Below are positions 1 to 10,400 of a stretch of 64,000 nt of DNA, piece after piece. The notes below the pieces were generated by a model. It did no database searches and was not told the origin of the DNA. It worked only from the letters and a program-made list of their open reading frames with translations. Position 1 is the stretch's first letter. The number at the start of each line of letters is the position of its first letter. Source of the DNA: Eubacteriales bacterium (GTDB lineage: Bacteria > Bacillota > Clostridia > Oscillospirales > CAG-272); NCBI GenBank assembly GCA_045576815.1, contig JAZNHD010000055.1, forward strand, positions 14,868-78,867. Reading direction: 5' to 3'. The position numbers were made by a program, and so were the translations under genes.

Positions 1-2
1 AA

Positions 3-1253
3 AAAAATGAGATTATGCTCGTGCTCGATGCGAACGACGAGCTCTCAGACCTGCTTTTAGCAAGGCTTGGCTATTACAGCGAGGAGGAATTTCTCGAAAT
101 AGTATATAAGGCCACGAGCGAGGACGGTGAGTACGACGAGGCGCTTTACCGCGAGTATTTTTCGTACGATGAGCTGATAGGCAAGACTCTTACCTGGTAT
201 CCCGCTGATACGGTATTTACCGAAAGCTCATTTTCCGCCGGTGGAATGCCCTCTTATCAGTATAACTCAATCTTCAATGAGCCTGGTGACGACGGTCTTA
301 CGCTTACGGTTGTCGGAATTTTAACCCCCAAGGATGAAGTTTCCTACGGCTCGCTCACCTCCGGCATATACTACACCGAGGCTCTGACCGAACACGTGCT
401 TTCCGAAAATGCGGACTCCGAATTTATAAACTATCTTATGAGCGATGAGGCATACGACACGCTCTCCCGCCTTTACTTTAACCTCCCCTACTACTATAGC
501 TATACCTATGAGGGCGAGACGAAAAACGCGATGGGTACTGTCGGCCCTGCTATGACTATGGCAGACGCTATGGGAGGTATGGGCGGCCCGGGTGGCACAG
601 CGATTGACGCCGAGGCTATGCGCGACAGATTTGTGAGAAACCTCGGTGGCAACGACATCGCAAACGATATTTCAATCTATCCCATATCCTTTGATGACAA
701 GGACCTTATCACAGAATATCTCGGCAAGTGGAATGAGGACGGCAATATCACGGTAAACGGTACGTTAATAGCCGCGGATGACCGCCATGACGTAACCTAC
801 ACCGACACTCTCGAGCTTGTTATAAACCTTATCAATACTATGATTGACGTTGTTTCGGCAGCATTAATTGCCTTTACCTCAATTTCTCTTGTGGTTTCCA
901 CGGTTATGATAGGAATTATTACCTACGTATCGGTGGTAGAGAGAATAAAGGAAATAGGCGTTATTCGCTCACTCGGCGGAAGACGTCGCGACGTCAGCAA
1001 CCTCTTTATTGCAGAGACCGTTATTATCGGACTTCTCTCCGGTCTTATCGGTGTCGGGGCGACACTCGGCATATCAGCTATAGCCAACGTGATAGTTCAC
1101 TCGCTTATCGGCATTAAGACTATCGCCTTCCTACCTCTTGGCAACGCAATATTCCTTATTGCACTTAGCGTAGCGCTTACGTTAATCTCGGGTCTCAGCC
1201 CAGCAAAGAGCGCGGCTAAAAAAGACCCCGTAGTAGCATTAAGAACAGAATAA
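3..1253 (+). CDS. ABC transporter permease, FtsX/MacB family (5'-truncated by window edge)
   Basis: The reading frame is open to the window start. A large extracytoplasmic domain is followed by a C-terminal FtsX-type TM bundle (VVERIKEIGVIRSLGGRRRDV...KSAAKKDPVVALRTE). Confidence 0.8.
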   Translation, partial: KNEIMLVLDANDELSDLLLARLGYYSEEEFLEIVYKATSEDGEYDEALYREYFSYDELIGKTLTWYPADTVFTESSFSAGGMPSYQYNSIFNEPGDDGLTLTVVGILTPKDEVSYGSLTSGIYYTEALTEHVLSENADSEFINYLMSDEAYDTLSRLYFNLPYYYSYTYEGETKNAMGTVGPAMTMADAMGGMGGPGGTAIDAEAMRDRFVRNLGGNDIANDISIYPISFDDKDLITEYLGKWNEDGNITVNGTLIAADDRHDVTYTDTLELVINLINTMIDVVSAALIAFTSISLVVSTVMIGIITYVSVVERIKEIGVIRSLGGRRRDVSNLFIAETVIIGLLSGLIGVGATLGISAIANVIVHSLIGIKTIAFLPLGNAIFLIALSVALTLISGLSPAKSAAKKDPVVALRTE

Positions 1254-1270
1254 AAATAGGCAAAAATTAA

Positions 1271-1309
1271 GCGGATTTGTAAATTAAAGTTTACAAATCC
1301 GCCGTTTTT
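1271..1309. terminator. Bidirectional intrinsic terminator between the convergent permease gene and malQ
   Basis: 13-bp hairpin GCGGATTTGTAAA/TTTACAAATCCGC, flanked by an A-run on one side and a T-run on the other. Confidence 0.7.
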
Positions 1310-2711
1310 ATGTCCTGCCATAAAGATTATTTAGCTTTTTTAGCTTCGCTCTGTCAACCGAGTCCAGCTGCTCGCGCGTTATGCGATAGCGCCAATTTCC
1401 CATAGGCACACCCGGAGTATTCATTCTCGTGTCAGCGCCAAAGCCAAGGATATCCTGTATCGGAAAAATCACAGTGTCCGCACAGCTTGCCATAGCGGTG
1501 CGTATTATATGCCTTACACCCTCGGAAAAATCCTCGCCCGAGTAACCGACGTAGTCAAAGACCCTCCGCCGTGTTTCTCCATCAAGCTCCCACACGTATC
1601 CGAGCAGCGTGTTATTGTCATGAGTTCCGGTATAGGCGACCGTGTTTTTATCCCAGTTGTGAGGCAGATGTGGAGTGTTCCCGTCACCGAGAAAAGCAAA
1701 CTGAAAGACTCTCATACCCGGCATGCCGCTGTATTCGACAAGCGCCCTTACCTCATCAGTAATATCTCCAAGGTCCTCTGCTATCATAAGAGCGCCACTA
1801 GACTCCTCGAGTATCGCGCGCACAAGCTCCCTGCCGCCGCCTCTTACCCATTTCCCCTCTCTTGCGCTCTTTGCCGAAGGGGGAACTGCATAGTATGACT
1901 CTATCGCGCGGAAATGGTCTATCCTTGCACCGTCGAAAAGCGAAAGATTATACCTTATGCGTGAGCGCCACCAGGAAAAATCATTCTTTCGCATTTTTTC
2001 TATGTCGTAAAGCGGATTGCCCCAAAGCTGCCCGTCGGACGAGAAATAGTCGGGAGGAACGCCCGCGACCGCCGTGGGATATCCCTCAGAGTCAAGCAAA
2101 AACTCCTCTGGGTGCGCCCACACGTCAGCCGAGTCAAAATCAACGTAAATAGGAATATCGCCTATGATTTTTATTCCGCGTTTTTCGGCGTATTTCTTAA
2201 CACGCCCCCATTGCTTTATAAATTTGTACTGTATAAATTGCCAAAGAAAAAGCCTGTCGGACACGCTCTCGCCCACTGTCGCGCGCCCTGCCATAAACTC
2301 CGCCGCTAACGCAAGCTCTCGGTTCGCTTTGGCAAAAGCTATTATCTCGCTCCTATCCCTCACTCTCATTGCTGCCAAAAAGAGAAGCTTTATTCTCTCA
2401 CGCGCAAGCCTTTCATACTCACATAAATACGGACTATCCTCTCTTGCGGAAAGAAGCTCCTCAAAGGTAAGAAGCCCCTCCTCGTAAAGCGCCGGCAGGT
2501 CTATAAAATAAGGGTTGAGACCGAAGGATGCCGGCGACTTGTACGGCGAGCCGTGCGCATCGGGTATACAAAACGGCAGAACCTGCCAATAGGAAAATCC
2601 CGAATCGGCAAGAAAATCTATAAAATACTCTGCCTCCCTGCCAAGAGAGCCGACGGAATAGCCGCCAAAGAGTGAAGATAAGTGCATAAGCACTCCGCTT
2701 TTTCTTTCCAT
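1308..2711 (-). CDS. malQ: 4-alpha-glucanotransferase (amylomaltase, GH77)
   Basis: 467-aa ORF with MalQ-like motifs (SLFGGYSVGSLG, WGNPLYD, GDIPIYVDFDSADVW, RIDHFR, YTGTHDN). Confidence 0.85.
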   Translation of the reverse strand: MERKSGVLMHLSSLFGGYSVGSLGREAEYFIDFLADSGFSYWQVLPFCIPDAHGSPYKSPASFGLNPYFIDLPALYEEGLLTFEELLSAREDSPYLCEYERLARERIKLLFLAAMRVRDRSEIIAFAKANRELALAAEFMAGRATVGESVSDRLFLWQFIQYKFIKQWGRVKKYAEKRGIKIIGDIPIYVDFDSADVWAHPEEFLLDSEGYPTAVAGVPPDYFSSDGQLWGNPLYDIEKMRKNDFSWWRSRIRYNLSLFDGARIDHFRAIESYYAVPPSAKSAREGKWVRGGGRELVRAILEESSGALMIAEDLGDITDEVRALVEYSGMPGMRVFQFAFLGDGNTPHLPHNWDKNTVAYTGTHDNNTLLGYVWELDGETRRRVFDYVGYSGEDFSEGVRHIIRTAMASCADTVIFPIQDILGFGADTRMNTPGVPMGNWRYRITREQLDSVDRAKLKKLNNLYGRT

Positions 2712-2741
2712 AAAAACTCCGTGAAATTTGGTCTTTCTATT

Positions 2742-2770
2742 ATATTATCACACCGAAAGCAAAAATTCAA
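2742..2770 (-). promoter_or_regulatory. Putative sigma-A promoter of malQ
   Basis: Minus strand reads TTGAAT, 17 nt, TGaTAATAT (extended -10), about 30 nt upstream of the malQ ATG. Confidence 0.4.
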
Positions 2771-2846
2771 GTAGAAAGCCCCTCCTCGCTCATACAAATT
2801 TTACCGCGCCGCCCCTAAAATTCGTCTTAATTTTTGCTTTTTTCTA

Positions 2847-2875
2847 TTGACATCTCTGATTCTTTATGTTATAAT
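2847..2875 (+). promoter_or_regulatory. Putative sigma-A promoter of the pyr operon
   Basis: TTGACA (2847-2852), 17 nt, TATAAT (2870-2875). Confidence 0.55.
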
Positions 2876-2912
2876 ATTACGAATTATACAGATAGGAGAT
2901 AGGAGACCGAGC

Positions 2913-4166
2913 ATGACTACACTCTTCCGCGGAGCAAAGGTTTACGAAAACGGCGTTATAAAAGTTAAGGATATGCTTTTTGACGGTGTTTCTGTTTCCC
3001 TTTTCACCGGTGACGTATCTGCTTTTGACCCTGACCGTATTTTTGATAATATTGCTATTTTCCCCGGTTTTTGTGATGTTCACGTGCATCTCAGAGAGCC
3101 GGGCTTTTCTTATAAAGAGGATATAGCAAGCGGCACGCGCGCCTCGGCAAGAGGCGGCTACACAACCGTCTGCGCTATGCCAAATCTTTCGCCGCCGCCC
3201 GACAGTCCCGAGACTCTCGGGGTAGAGCTTTCGGCAATAGAGCGCTCAGCGGTGATAGAGGTCCTGCCATACGGCACGATAACGAAGGGGCAAAACGGCT
3301 CTGAGCTTTCCGATATGGAGGGTATGGCTGATAAGGTTGTCGCCTTCTCGGACGACGGCCGCGGTGTTCAGACCGCCCCCCTTATGCGTGAGGCTATGTC
3401 GGAGGCAAAGCGCCTCGGTAAAATGATAGTGGCTCACTGCGAGGATAACGCTCTTCTTTTCGGCGGATATATCCACGACAGCGAATACGCAAGGACGCAC
3501 GGACACAAAGGAATATCCTCGGAGAGCGAGTGGGGTCAGATAAAGCGCGATATCGAGCTTGTGCGTGAAACAGGCTGCCAGTACCACGTCTGCCACATCT
3601 CAACAAAGGAATCGGTCGAGCTTATAAGAGAGGCAAAGCGCGAGGGGCTGCCCGTCAGCTGCGAGACAGGACCTCACTACATTCTCCTTGACGATACGGT
3701 GCTTGAGGAGGACGGTCGGTTTAAGATGAACCCGCCCCTACGTTCCCCCTCGGACAGAGAAGCAATTCTCGAGGGTGTGCTCGACGGAACAATAGAGGTT
3801 ATTGCCACCGACCACGCACCGCACACCGCAGAAGAAAAGTCAAAGGGCCTAAAAGGCAGTCCTTTCGGAGTTGTGGGAATCGAAACGGCTTTTCCGCTAC
3901 TTTACACCAACCTTGTCCTAACAGGCCTTATGCCTCTCGAGGAGCTTATATCGCTCCTTGCGGACAAGCCGAGAGAAAGATTCGGCATAACGGGCGACAG
4001 AGGCTTCACCGTCTTCGACCTTGGATGTGAATATGATATAAATCCCGACGAGTTTCTCTCTAAGGGAAAGAGCACACCCTTCAAGGGTGCTCGCGTAGCC
4101 GGCAGGTGCCTTGCTACCGTATACGGAGGCAAGGCCGCTTACCTTGCAGATGATTTTTGTGAATAA
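2913..4166 (+). CDS. pyrC: Dihydroorotase
   Basis: Metal-binding DVHVHLREPG motif and a ...TDHAPH... motif. I chose the ATG at 2913 (MTTLFRGAKVY) with the GGAGATAGGAG RBS rather than the track's upstream TTG. Confidence 0.85.
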   Translation: MTTLFRGAKVYENGVIKVKDMLFDGVSVSLFTGDVSAFDPDRIFDNIAIFPGFCDVHVHLREPGFSYKEDIASGTRASARGGYTTVCAMPNLSPPPDSPETLGVELSAIERSAVIEVLPYGTITKGQNGSELSDMEGMADKVVAFSDDGRGVQTAPLMREAMSEAKRLGKMIVAHCEDNALLFGGYIHDSEYARTHGHKGISSESEWGQIKRDIELVRETGCQYHVCHISTKESVELIREAKREGLPVSCETGPHYILLDDTVLEEDGRFKMNPPLRSPSDREAILEGVLDGTIEVIATDHAPHTAEEKSKGLKGSPFGVVGIETAFPLLYTNLVLTGLMPLEELISLLADKPRERFGITGDRGFTVFDLGCEYDINPDEFLSKGKSTPFKGARVAGRCLATVYGGKAAYLADDFCE

Positions 4167-4182
4167 TTAGGAGGAAAAATAA

Positions 4183-7100
4183 ATGGCAAAGAGAACCGAC
4201 ATTAAAAGAGTTATGATTATCGGCTCAGGCCCCATCGTCATAGGACAGGCGGCAGAGTTCGACTACGCAGGCACGCAGGCCTGCCTTGCGCTCAAAGAGG
4301 AGGGCTACGAGGTTATCCTTGTTAACTCAAACCCCGCAACCATAATGACCGACACCACTATTGCAGACAAGGTGTATATGGAGCCCCTGACTCTTGAATA
4401 CATCGCAAAAATTATAAGATACGAGCGTCCCGACGCCATAGTTCCCGGCATCGGCGGCCAGACCGGTCTTAACATGGCTATGCTTCTTGAGAAAAAGGGT
4501 ATTCTTAAGGAAAGCGGCGTTGAGCTTCTCGGCACCTCGTCGGCGAGCATTGAGCGCGCGGAGGACAGAGAGCTCTTCAAGGAGCTTTGCGAGTCTATCG
4601 GTGAGCCTGTTATTCCCTCTGACATCGCCAATACCGTTGAGGAGGCGGTTGAGGTCGCCGACAGGATTGGCTACCCCGTAGTACTCCGTCCGGCGTTCAC
4701 CCTCGGCGGCACAGGCGGCGGCTTTGCTTACAACAAAGAGGAGCTTCTTGAGCTTGCGGTCGGCGCGCTTGACGCATCTCCCGTAAAGCAGGTGCTTGTT
4801 GAGAAGAGCGTTAAGGGATATAAGGAAATTGAGTTTGAGGTTATGCGAGACTCCGCAGATAACGCCATCACCATCTGCGGTATGGAGAACATCGACCCCG
4901 TCGGCGTACACACCGGTGACAGTATGGTTGTCGCTCCCATTATGACACTTAACGACCACGACCTTAAGATGCTCAACGACTCTGCTATAAAGCTTATCCG
5001 CGAGCTTAAGATAGAGGGCGGCTGTAACGTACAGTTCGCGCTCAACCCGAACTCCTCGGAGTACTATCTTATCGAGGTTAACCCGAGAGTTTCGAGAAGC
5101 TCGGCACTCGCTTCCAAGGCATCAGGCTACCCCATTGCAAGAGTTACAGCCAAGATTGCTCTCGGCATGACGCTTGACGAGATTGAGGTTGCGGGCACGA
5201 AGGCTTCCTTTGAGCCGAAGCTCGACTACGTCGTTGCAAAGTTCCCGCGCTTCCCCTTTGATAAATTCACCTCCGTCCCCAACAAGCTCGGCACGCAGAT
5301 GAAGGCTACCGGTGAGTGTATGGGCATCGGCTCAAACCTTGAGGAATGTATACTGAAGTCGGTGCGCTCGCTTGAGATAGGCGTATGCCATCTCCATATG
5401 GCAAAGTATGATGAGAAGGCTGACGGAGAGCTTCTTGAATATCTCTCCGATTTCCACGATGACAACGCTTTCGTTATCGCGGAGCTTCTCCGCCGCGGCC
5501 ACGCCGTAGGCGAAATCTGCGATATAACTAAAATTACCCCCTTCTTTATCGAGTCCTTCAAAAAGATTACCGATATGGAGGCGACCCTTAAGGCAAACAA
5601 GGGAGATGCGGCAACACTCCGCGAGGCAAAGAAGATGGGCTTTGGCGACAAGTTCATTTCAAAGCTCTGGGAGACCTCCGAGCTTAAGGTGGTTGATATA
5701 AGAAAGAAAAACGGAATTGTTCCCACCTTCCGTATGGTTGACACCGCGCACGTCGGCGCATACACTCCCTATTTCTACTCCTCCTACACCGGTGAAAACC
5801 AGTCCCGTCTTACCGACAGAAAGAAGGTTCTCGTGCTCGGTGCAGGTCCTATCCGTATCGGTCAGGGCGTCGAGTTCGACTACTCCACCGTTCACGCGGT
5901 TAACACAATCAGAAAATGCGGTTACGAGGCAATTATCATAAACAATAACCCCGAGACCGTTTCCACCGACTACACGACGGCAGACAAGCTCTACTTCGAG
6001 CCCCTCACACCCGAGGACGTTATGAACGTTATCGATTTTGAAAAGCCGGACGGAGTTATCGCCTCTCTCGGAGGCCAGACGGCAATAAACCTTGCAGAGC
6101 CGCTTGCTGCACGCGGTGTCAAGATTATCGGCACCGACTGCGAGGCCATTGACAGAGCGGAAAACCGTGACGCATTTGAGAAAATCTTAAGCTCACTCGG
6201 TATTCCTCAGCCTAAGGGTCAGGCTGTTACCAAGATTGAGGACGGCGTTAGAGTGGCAAAGGAGGTTGGATACCCTGTTCTCGTCCGTCCGAGCTTCGTG
6301 CTTGGCGGCCGTGCTATGCAGCTTGTCGGTAACGAGGCTCAGCTACGCCACTACCTTAGAACCGCGGTTGAGATTGACGAGGACAAGCCTGTGCTTGTCG
6401 ACCACTACATTCAGGGTAAGGAGGTTGAGGTTGACGCAATCTGCGACGGACACGACGTGTTTGTCGGCGGCATTATGGAGCTCGTTGAGCGTACCGGCGT
6501 ACACTCCGGCGACTCTATATCGGTTTATCCCGCATTCTCCATATCCGACAAGGTAAAGGGCAAGATTCTCACCTACTCGAAAATGCTCGGCCTTGCAATA
6601 GGCATTGTCGGTCTGTTTAATATTCAGTTTATAGTTGACGAGCATGATGACGTGTACATCATTGAGGTCAACCCCCGTTCGTCAAGAACCGTTCCCTTCC
6701 TCTCGAAGTCAACGGGCTTCTCGCTTGCGGATATCGCAACCGAGGTTATCCTCGGCAAGTCCTTAAAGGAGCTCGGAATCTTCACCCTCTATCCCGAAGA
6801 AAAGAAGAGATGGTACTGCAAGGTTCCCGTCTTCTCCTACAGAAAAATCAACGGCATTGACGCATATCTCTCCCCTGAGATGAAGTCAACGGGCGAAGCA
6901 ATCGGATATGACGACGACCTCTACCGTGCATTCTACAAGGCGCTTCAGGCATCGGGAATGAATCTGCAGAATTACGGCACAATTCTCGTTACCATTGCCG
7001 ACAAGGACAAGGAAGAGGCTCTTCCTCTCGTCCGTCGCTTCTACAATCTTGGATTTAACATTGAGGCAACCGTTGGTACAGCGAAGTTCTTAAAGGAACA

Positions 7101-7356
7101 CGGAATCAGAACAAGAGTTAAGCAGAAGATTTCCGATGGCTCAAGCGACATTTTCGAAACCATGCGTCAGGGTCACATCGCTTACGTTATCAACACCTCT
7201 GACGTTGCTTCATCGAACCAGCAGATGGACGGATATGAAATCCGCCGCCTCGCTATAGAGACCAACACCACGATGTTCACCTCTCTTGACACAGTAAGAG
7301 TTCTCCTTGATGTACTTGAGGATATCACCATCACAATTTCAACGATAGACAGCTAA
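4183..7356 (+). CDS. carB: Carbamoyl-phosphate synthase large subunit
   Basis: 1057 aa with duplicated ATP-grasp halves (IGSGPIVIGQAAEFDYAG... and LGAGPIRIGQGVEFDYS...) and a C-terminal MGS-like domain. Confidence 0.95.
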   Translation: MAKRTDIKRVMIIGSGPIVIGQAAEFDYAGTQACLALKEEGYEVILVNSNPATIMTDTTIADKVYMEPLTLEYIAKIIRYERPDAIVPGIGGQTGLNMAMLLEKKGILKESGVELLGTSSASIERAEDRELFKELCESIGEPVIPSDIANTVEEAVEVADRIGYPVVLRPAFTLGGTGGGFAYNKEELLELAVGALDASPVKQVLVEKSVKGYKEIEFEVMRDSADNAITICGMENIDPVGVHTGDSMVVAPIMTLNDHDLKMLNDSAIKLIRELKIEGGCNVQFALNPNSSEYYLIEVNPRVSRSSALASKASGYPIARVTAKIALGMTLDEIEVAGTKASFEPKLDYVVAKFPRFPFDKFTSVPNKLGTQMKATGECMGIGSNLEECILKSVRSLEIGVCHLHMAKYDEKADGELLEYLSDFHDDNAFVIAELLRRGHAVGEICDITKITPFFIESFKKITDMEATLKANKGDAATLREAKKMGFGDKFISKLWETSELKVVDIRKKNGIVPTFRMVDTAHVGAYTPYFYSSYTGENQSRLTDRKKVLVLGAGPIRIGQGVEFDYSTVHAVNTIRKCGYEAIIINNNPETVSTDYTTADKLYFEPLTPEDVMNVIDFEKPDGVIASLGGQTAINLAEPLAARGVKIIGTDCEAIDRAENRDAFEKILSSLGIPQPKGQAVTKIEDGVRVAKEVGYPVLVRPSFVLGGRAMQLVGNEAQLRHYLRTAVEIDEDKPVLVDHYIQGKEVEVDAICDGHDVFVGGIMELVERTGVHSGDSISVYPAFSISDKVKGKILTYSKMLGLAIGIVGLFNIQFIVDEHDDVYIIEVNPRSSRTVPFLSKSTGFSLADIATEVILGKSLKELGIFTLYPEEKKRWYCKVPVFSYRKINGIDAYLSPEMKSTGEAIGYDDDLYRAFYKALQASGMNLQNYGTILVTIADKDKEEALPLVRRFYNLGFNIEATVGTAKFLKEHGIRTRVKQKISDGSSDIFETMRQGHIAYVINTSDVASSNQQMDGYEIRRLAIETNTTMFTSLDTVRVLLDVLEDITITISTIDS

Positions 7357-7372
7357 TCTTTGAGGTGGAAAA

Positions 7373-8104
7373 TTGAAGGACAGTAAATTTAAGATAATTT
7401 CGAGCAAGAAAATTGCGAAAAATACCTATGAGTGCGTGCTTGAGGGTGACATTTCGGCTATCACAGCACCCGGCCAGTTCGTAAATATAAAGCTCGACGG
7501 CTTTTATCTGCGCCGCCCTATCTCCGTGTGCGATGCCTGTGACGGTAAGCTCACCCTTATATATAAGGCAGTCGGTCAGGGCACTGATAAGATGGCAAGC
7601 ACCCCTGCCGGAGATGAGTGGCTCGTCCTTACCGGTCTCGGTAACGGCTACGACACCTCCCTCTCGGGCGACGCGCCTCTCCTTATAGGCGGCGGCGCGG
7701 GTGTTCCGCCCATGTATATGCTTTGCAAAAAGCTCATCTCCGAAGGAAAAGCTCCGACGGTTATCCTCGGGTTTAACACCAAAGACGAGGTGTTTTATAA
7801 AGAAAAGTTTACAAAACTCGGGGCAAAGGTTATAGTTGCTACCGCCGATGGCACAGAGGGTGTCAAGGGGTTTGTCACCGATGCTATGGCAGACCTTGAC
7901 TACACATACTTCTTTACCTGCGGTCCTGAGCCTATGTTAAAGGCAATTTACGAAAGAAGTAAGACCTCGGGACAGTTCAGCTTTGAGGAACGCATGGGCT
8001 GTGGCTTCGGCGCTTGCATGGGCTGCTCCTGCGAGACAAAATACGGCAACAAGCGCATCTGTCGCGACGGTCCCGTTCTTACGAAGGAGGAGATTGTATG
8101 GTAA
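7373..8104 (+). CDS. pyrK: Dihydroorotate dehydrogenase B electron-transfer subunit (FAD / 2Fe-2S)
   Basis: 243 aa with the C-terminal cluster motif CGFGACMGCSC...C. TTG start. Overlaps pyrD by 7 nt. Confidence 0.85.
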   Translation: MKDSKFKIISSKKIAKNTYECVLEGDISAITAPGQFVNIKLDGFYLRRPISVCDACDGKLTLIYKAVGQGTDKMASTPAGDEWLVLTGLGNGYDTSLSGDAPLLIGGGAGVPPMYMLCKKLISEGKAPTVILGFNTKDEVFYKEKFTKLGAKVIVATADGTEGVKGFVTDAMADLDYTYFFTCGPEPMLKAIYERSKTSGQFSFEERMGCGFGACMGCSCETKYGNKRICRDGPVLTKEEIVW

Positions 8105-9009
8105 ACACAAAGGTTACTCTTTGCGGTATTGAGCTTGATAACCCCGTAATCCCCGCAAGCGGCACGTTTGGCTTTGGATATGAGTTTGCAGAGCTTTACG
8201 ACATCAATCTTCTCGGCACGTTTTCATTTAAGGGCACTACGCTTAACTCAAGATTTGGCAACCCCACGCCGCGTATTGCCGAGTGCGCGAGCGGCATGCT
8301 TAATGCCGTAGGACTTCAGAACCCCGGCGTTGATAGGGTTATTGACACCGAGCTTCCTAAGCTGCGCCGTGTGTTTAATAAGCCGGTTATGGCAAACGTA
8401 TCGGGATTTTCACGCGAGGAATACGTTGAGACGGTAAGACGTCTTGACGGTGAAGCCGACATCGGCTGGTTTGAGGTAAACATCTCCTGCCCGAACGTTC
8501 ACGGCGGCGGTATGAGCTTTGGCACCTCGCCCGAAATGGCAGAGGAAATCACAAGAGCAGTAAGAGAGGTAACTAAAAAGCCTCTTATAATTAAGCTCTC
8601 ACCGAACGTTACCGACATCGCATCTATCGCTAAGGCCTGCGAGGCGGGCGGCGCTGACGGAGTCAGCCTTATAAATACGCTTCTCGGTATGAGAATTGAC
8701 CTTAAAAAGAAAAAACCGCTGCTCGCGAACAAGACCGGCGGCTTCTCCGGACCTGCGATAAAGCCGGTTGCTGTAAGAATGGTTTATCAGGTCTTTGACG
8801 CGGTTAAAATTCCCATTGTTGGAATGGGCGGTATAGCTACGGCAGAGGACGTTATTGAGTTTATGCTTGCGGGTGCTACGGCGGTCGAGGTTGGTGCTGA
8901 AAACCTCGTTAACCCCTATGCGTGTCGCGACATTATCGCAGACCTACCGCGCGCTATGGAAAAATACGGAATAAAAAATCTCACTGACATAATAGGAGGC
9001 GCACACTGA
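8098..9009 (+). CDS. pyrD: Dihydroorotate dehydrogenase B catalytic subunit
   Basis: [27 protein letters not shown]..., class 1B DHODH. I chose the ATG at 8098 (GGAGG RBS) over the track's upstream start. Confidence 0.9.
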   Translation: MVNTKVTLCGIELDNPVIPASGTFGFGYEFAELYDINLLGTFSFKGTTLNSRFGNPTPRIAECASGMLNAVGLQNPGVDRVIDTELPKLRRVFNKPVMANVSGFSREEYVETVRRLDGEADIGWFEVNISCPNVHGGGMSFGTSPEMAEEITRAVREVTKKPLIIKLSPNVTDIASIAKACEAGGADGVSLINTLLGMRIDLKKKKPLLANKTGGFSGPAIKPVAVRMVYQVFDAVKIPIVGMGGIATAEDVIEFMLAGATAVEVGAENLVNPYACRDIIADLPRAMEKYGIKNLTDIIGGAH

Positions 9010-9707
9010 TGGGACGCGACGTTATTATTGCTTGCGACTTCGCAAGCGCTGAGGACACCTTTAAGTTTCTCGACAAGTTTGAGGACAAGAAGCCCTTTGT
9101 TAAAATCGGCATGGAGCTTTACTATGCAGAGGGCCCCTCGATAGTAAAGGAAATAAAAAGAAGAGGACACAAGATTTTCCTCGACTTGAAGCTCCACGAT
9201 ATTCCGAACACTGTAAAGAAGGCTATGTCGGTGCTCTCGCGCCTTGACGTTGATATGACGAACCTTCACGCCGCAGGAACGGTTGCTATGATGGAAGCGG
9301 CTATCGAGGGTCTTACCAAGCCCGACGGCACCCGTCCCCTGCTTATCGCGGTAACCCAGCTCACCTCAACGAGCGAGGAGAGAATGAAGTCCGACCTTCT
9401 TATAAACGAGCCTATCGACAAGGTTGTTATGCACTATGCGTCCTGCGCGAAGGCTGCAGGTCTTGACGGTATAGTTTGCTCGCCGCTTGAGGCAGGCAAG
9501 GTGCACGACAGCTGCGGTAAGAACTTTATCACCGTTACCCCCGGTGTCAGATTTGCCGACGGCGACAAGGGCGACCAGGTAAGAGTTATGACTCCGGCTG
9601 ATGCGAAGAAGATTGGCTCCGACTACATCGTTGTGGGAAGACCCATTACCGCCGCAGCCGACCCCGTAGCGGCATACGAGAGATGTGTTCGCGAATTCGT
9701 TGACTAA
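9009..9707 (+). CDS. pyrF: Orotidine 5'-phosphate decarboxylase
   Basis: 232 aa with [11 protein letters not shown] and VVGRPIT motifs. Start overlaps the pyrD stop (TGATG). Confidence 0.9.
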   Translation: MGRDVIIACDFASAEDTFKFLDKFEDKKPFVKIGMELYYAEGPSIVKEIKRRGHKIFLDLKLHDIPNTVKKAMSVLSRLDVDMTNLHAAGTVAMMEAAIEGLTKPDGTRPLLIAVTQLTSTSEERMKSDLLINEPIDKVVMHYASCAKAAGLDGIVCSPLEAGKVHDSCGKNFITVTPGVRFADGDKGDQVRVMTPADAKKIGSDYIVVGRPITAAADPVAAYERCVREFVD

Positions 9708-9720
9708 AGGAGATTTGAAA

Positions 9721-10377
9721 ATGGAAAGCTACAAGAGAGAATTTATACAGTTTCTTGAGGGCGCGGGCGTTCTCAAGTTTGGTGACTTCACCGCAAAGAG
9801 CGGAAGAAAGATTCCCTATTTCAACAATGCAGGCGAGATTAAGACAGGCGAGCAGATTGCAAAGCTCGGTGAGTTCTACGCAAAGAGCTATCTTGACAAG
9901 GTTGGCAAGCGTCGCGCCGTTCTCTACGGCCCTGCATACAAGGGTATTTCTATCGCGGTCTCCTCCTCGATAGCTCTCTCAAAGGAGGGTCTTGACGTTC
10001 CCTTCTTCTTCAACCGCAAGGAAGCAAAGGACCACGGCGAGGGCGGCGTGTTCGTCGGCTACGTTCCGAAGGCAGGCGAGGAAATCGTTATAGTTGAGGA
10101 CGTTATCACCGCAGGCACCGCAATCCGCGAGAGCATGGCAATACTTTCGTCGCTTGAGGGTGCGAAGGTTGCCGCAACCTTCGTTATGGTTGACAGAAAG
10201 GAAAAGGGACAGGGCGAGATGTCTGCTATGGCAGAGGTCGGCCTTGAATTCGGCTTCCCCGTTTATTCGGTAGTTGACGTTTACGACATCATTGAGTATC
10301 TCGAGGAGGACGACAAAAATGCCGAGAACGTTGCCCGTATCAAGAAGTATCTTGAGGTTTACGGCGCAAAGGCTTAA
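9721..10377 (+). CDS. pyrE: Orotate phosphoribosyltransferase
   Basis: PRPP-binding loop [16 protein letters not shown] at 9721 (MESYKREF) is preceded by AAGGAG. Confidence 0.85.
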   Translation: MESYKREFIQFLEGAGVLKFGDFTAKSGRKIPYFNNAGEIKTGEQIAKLGEFYAKSYLDKVGKRRAVLYGPAYKGISIAVSSSIALSKEGLDVPFFFNRKEAKDHGEGGVFVGYVPKAGEEIVIVEDVITAGTAIRESMAILSSLEGAKVAATFVMVDRKEKGQGEMSAMAEVGLEFGFPVYSVVDVYDIIEYLEEDDKNAENVARIKKYLEVYGAKA

Positions 10378-10400
10378 TCTCAAAAATCAAGGAGAAAATT

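Noticed and set aside
2876-2912. A PyrR-binding attenuator in front of the pyr operon.
   Set aside because: The leader is only ~37 nt, with no hairpin or terminator and no PyrR-box-like loop.
8014-8097. Upstream extensions of several track ORFs: pyrD 8014, pyrE 9685, pyrC 2847, Sel1 15547, MATE 51037, pepT 53859, mnmG 58708, ymdB 59527 and the ABC ATPase 29951.
   Set aside because: In each case an internal ATG (or GTG/TTG) with a proper RBS coincides with where family homology begins. The upstream part overlaps a neighbouring gene, a promoter or a terminator.
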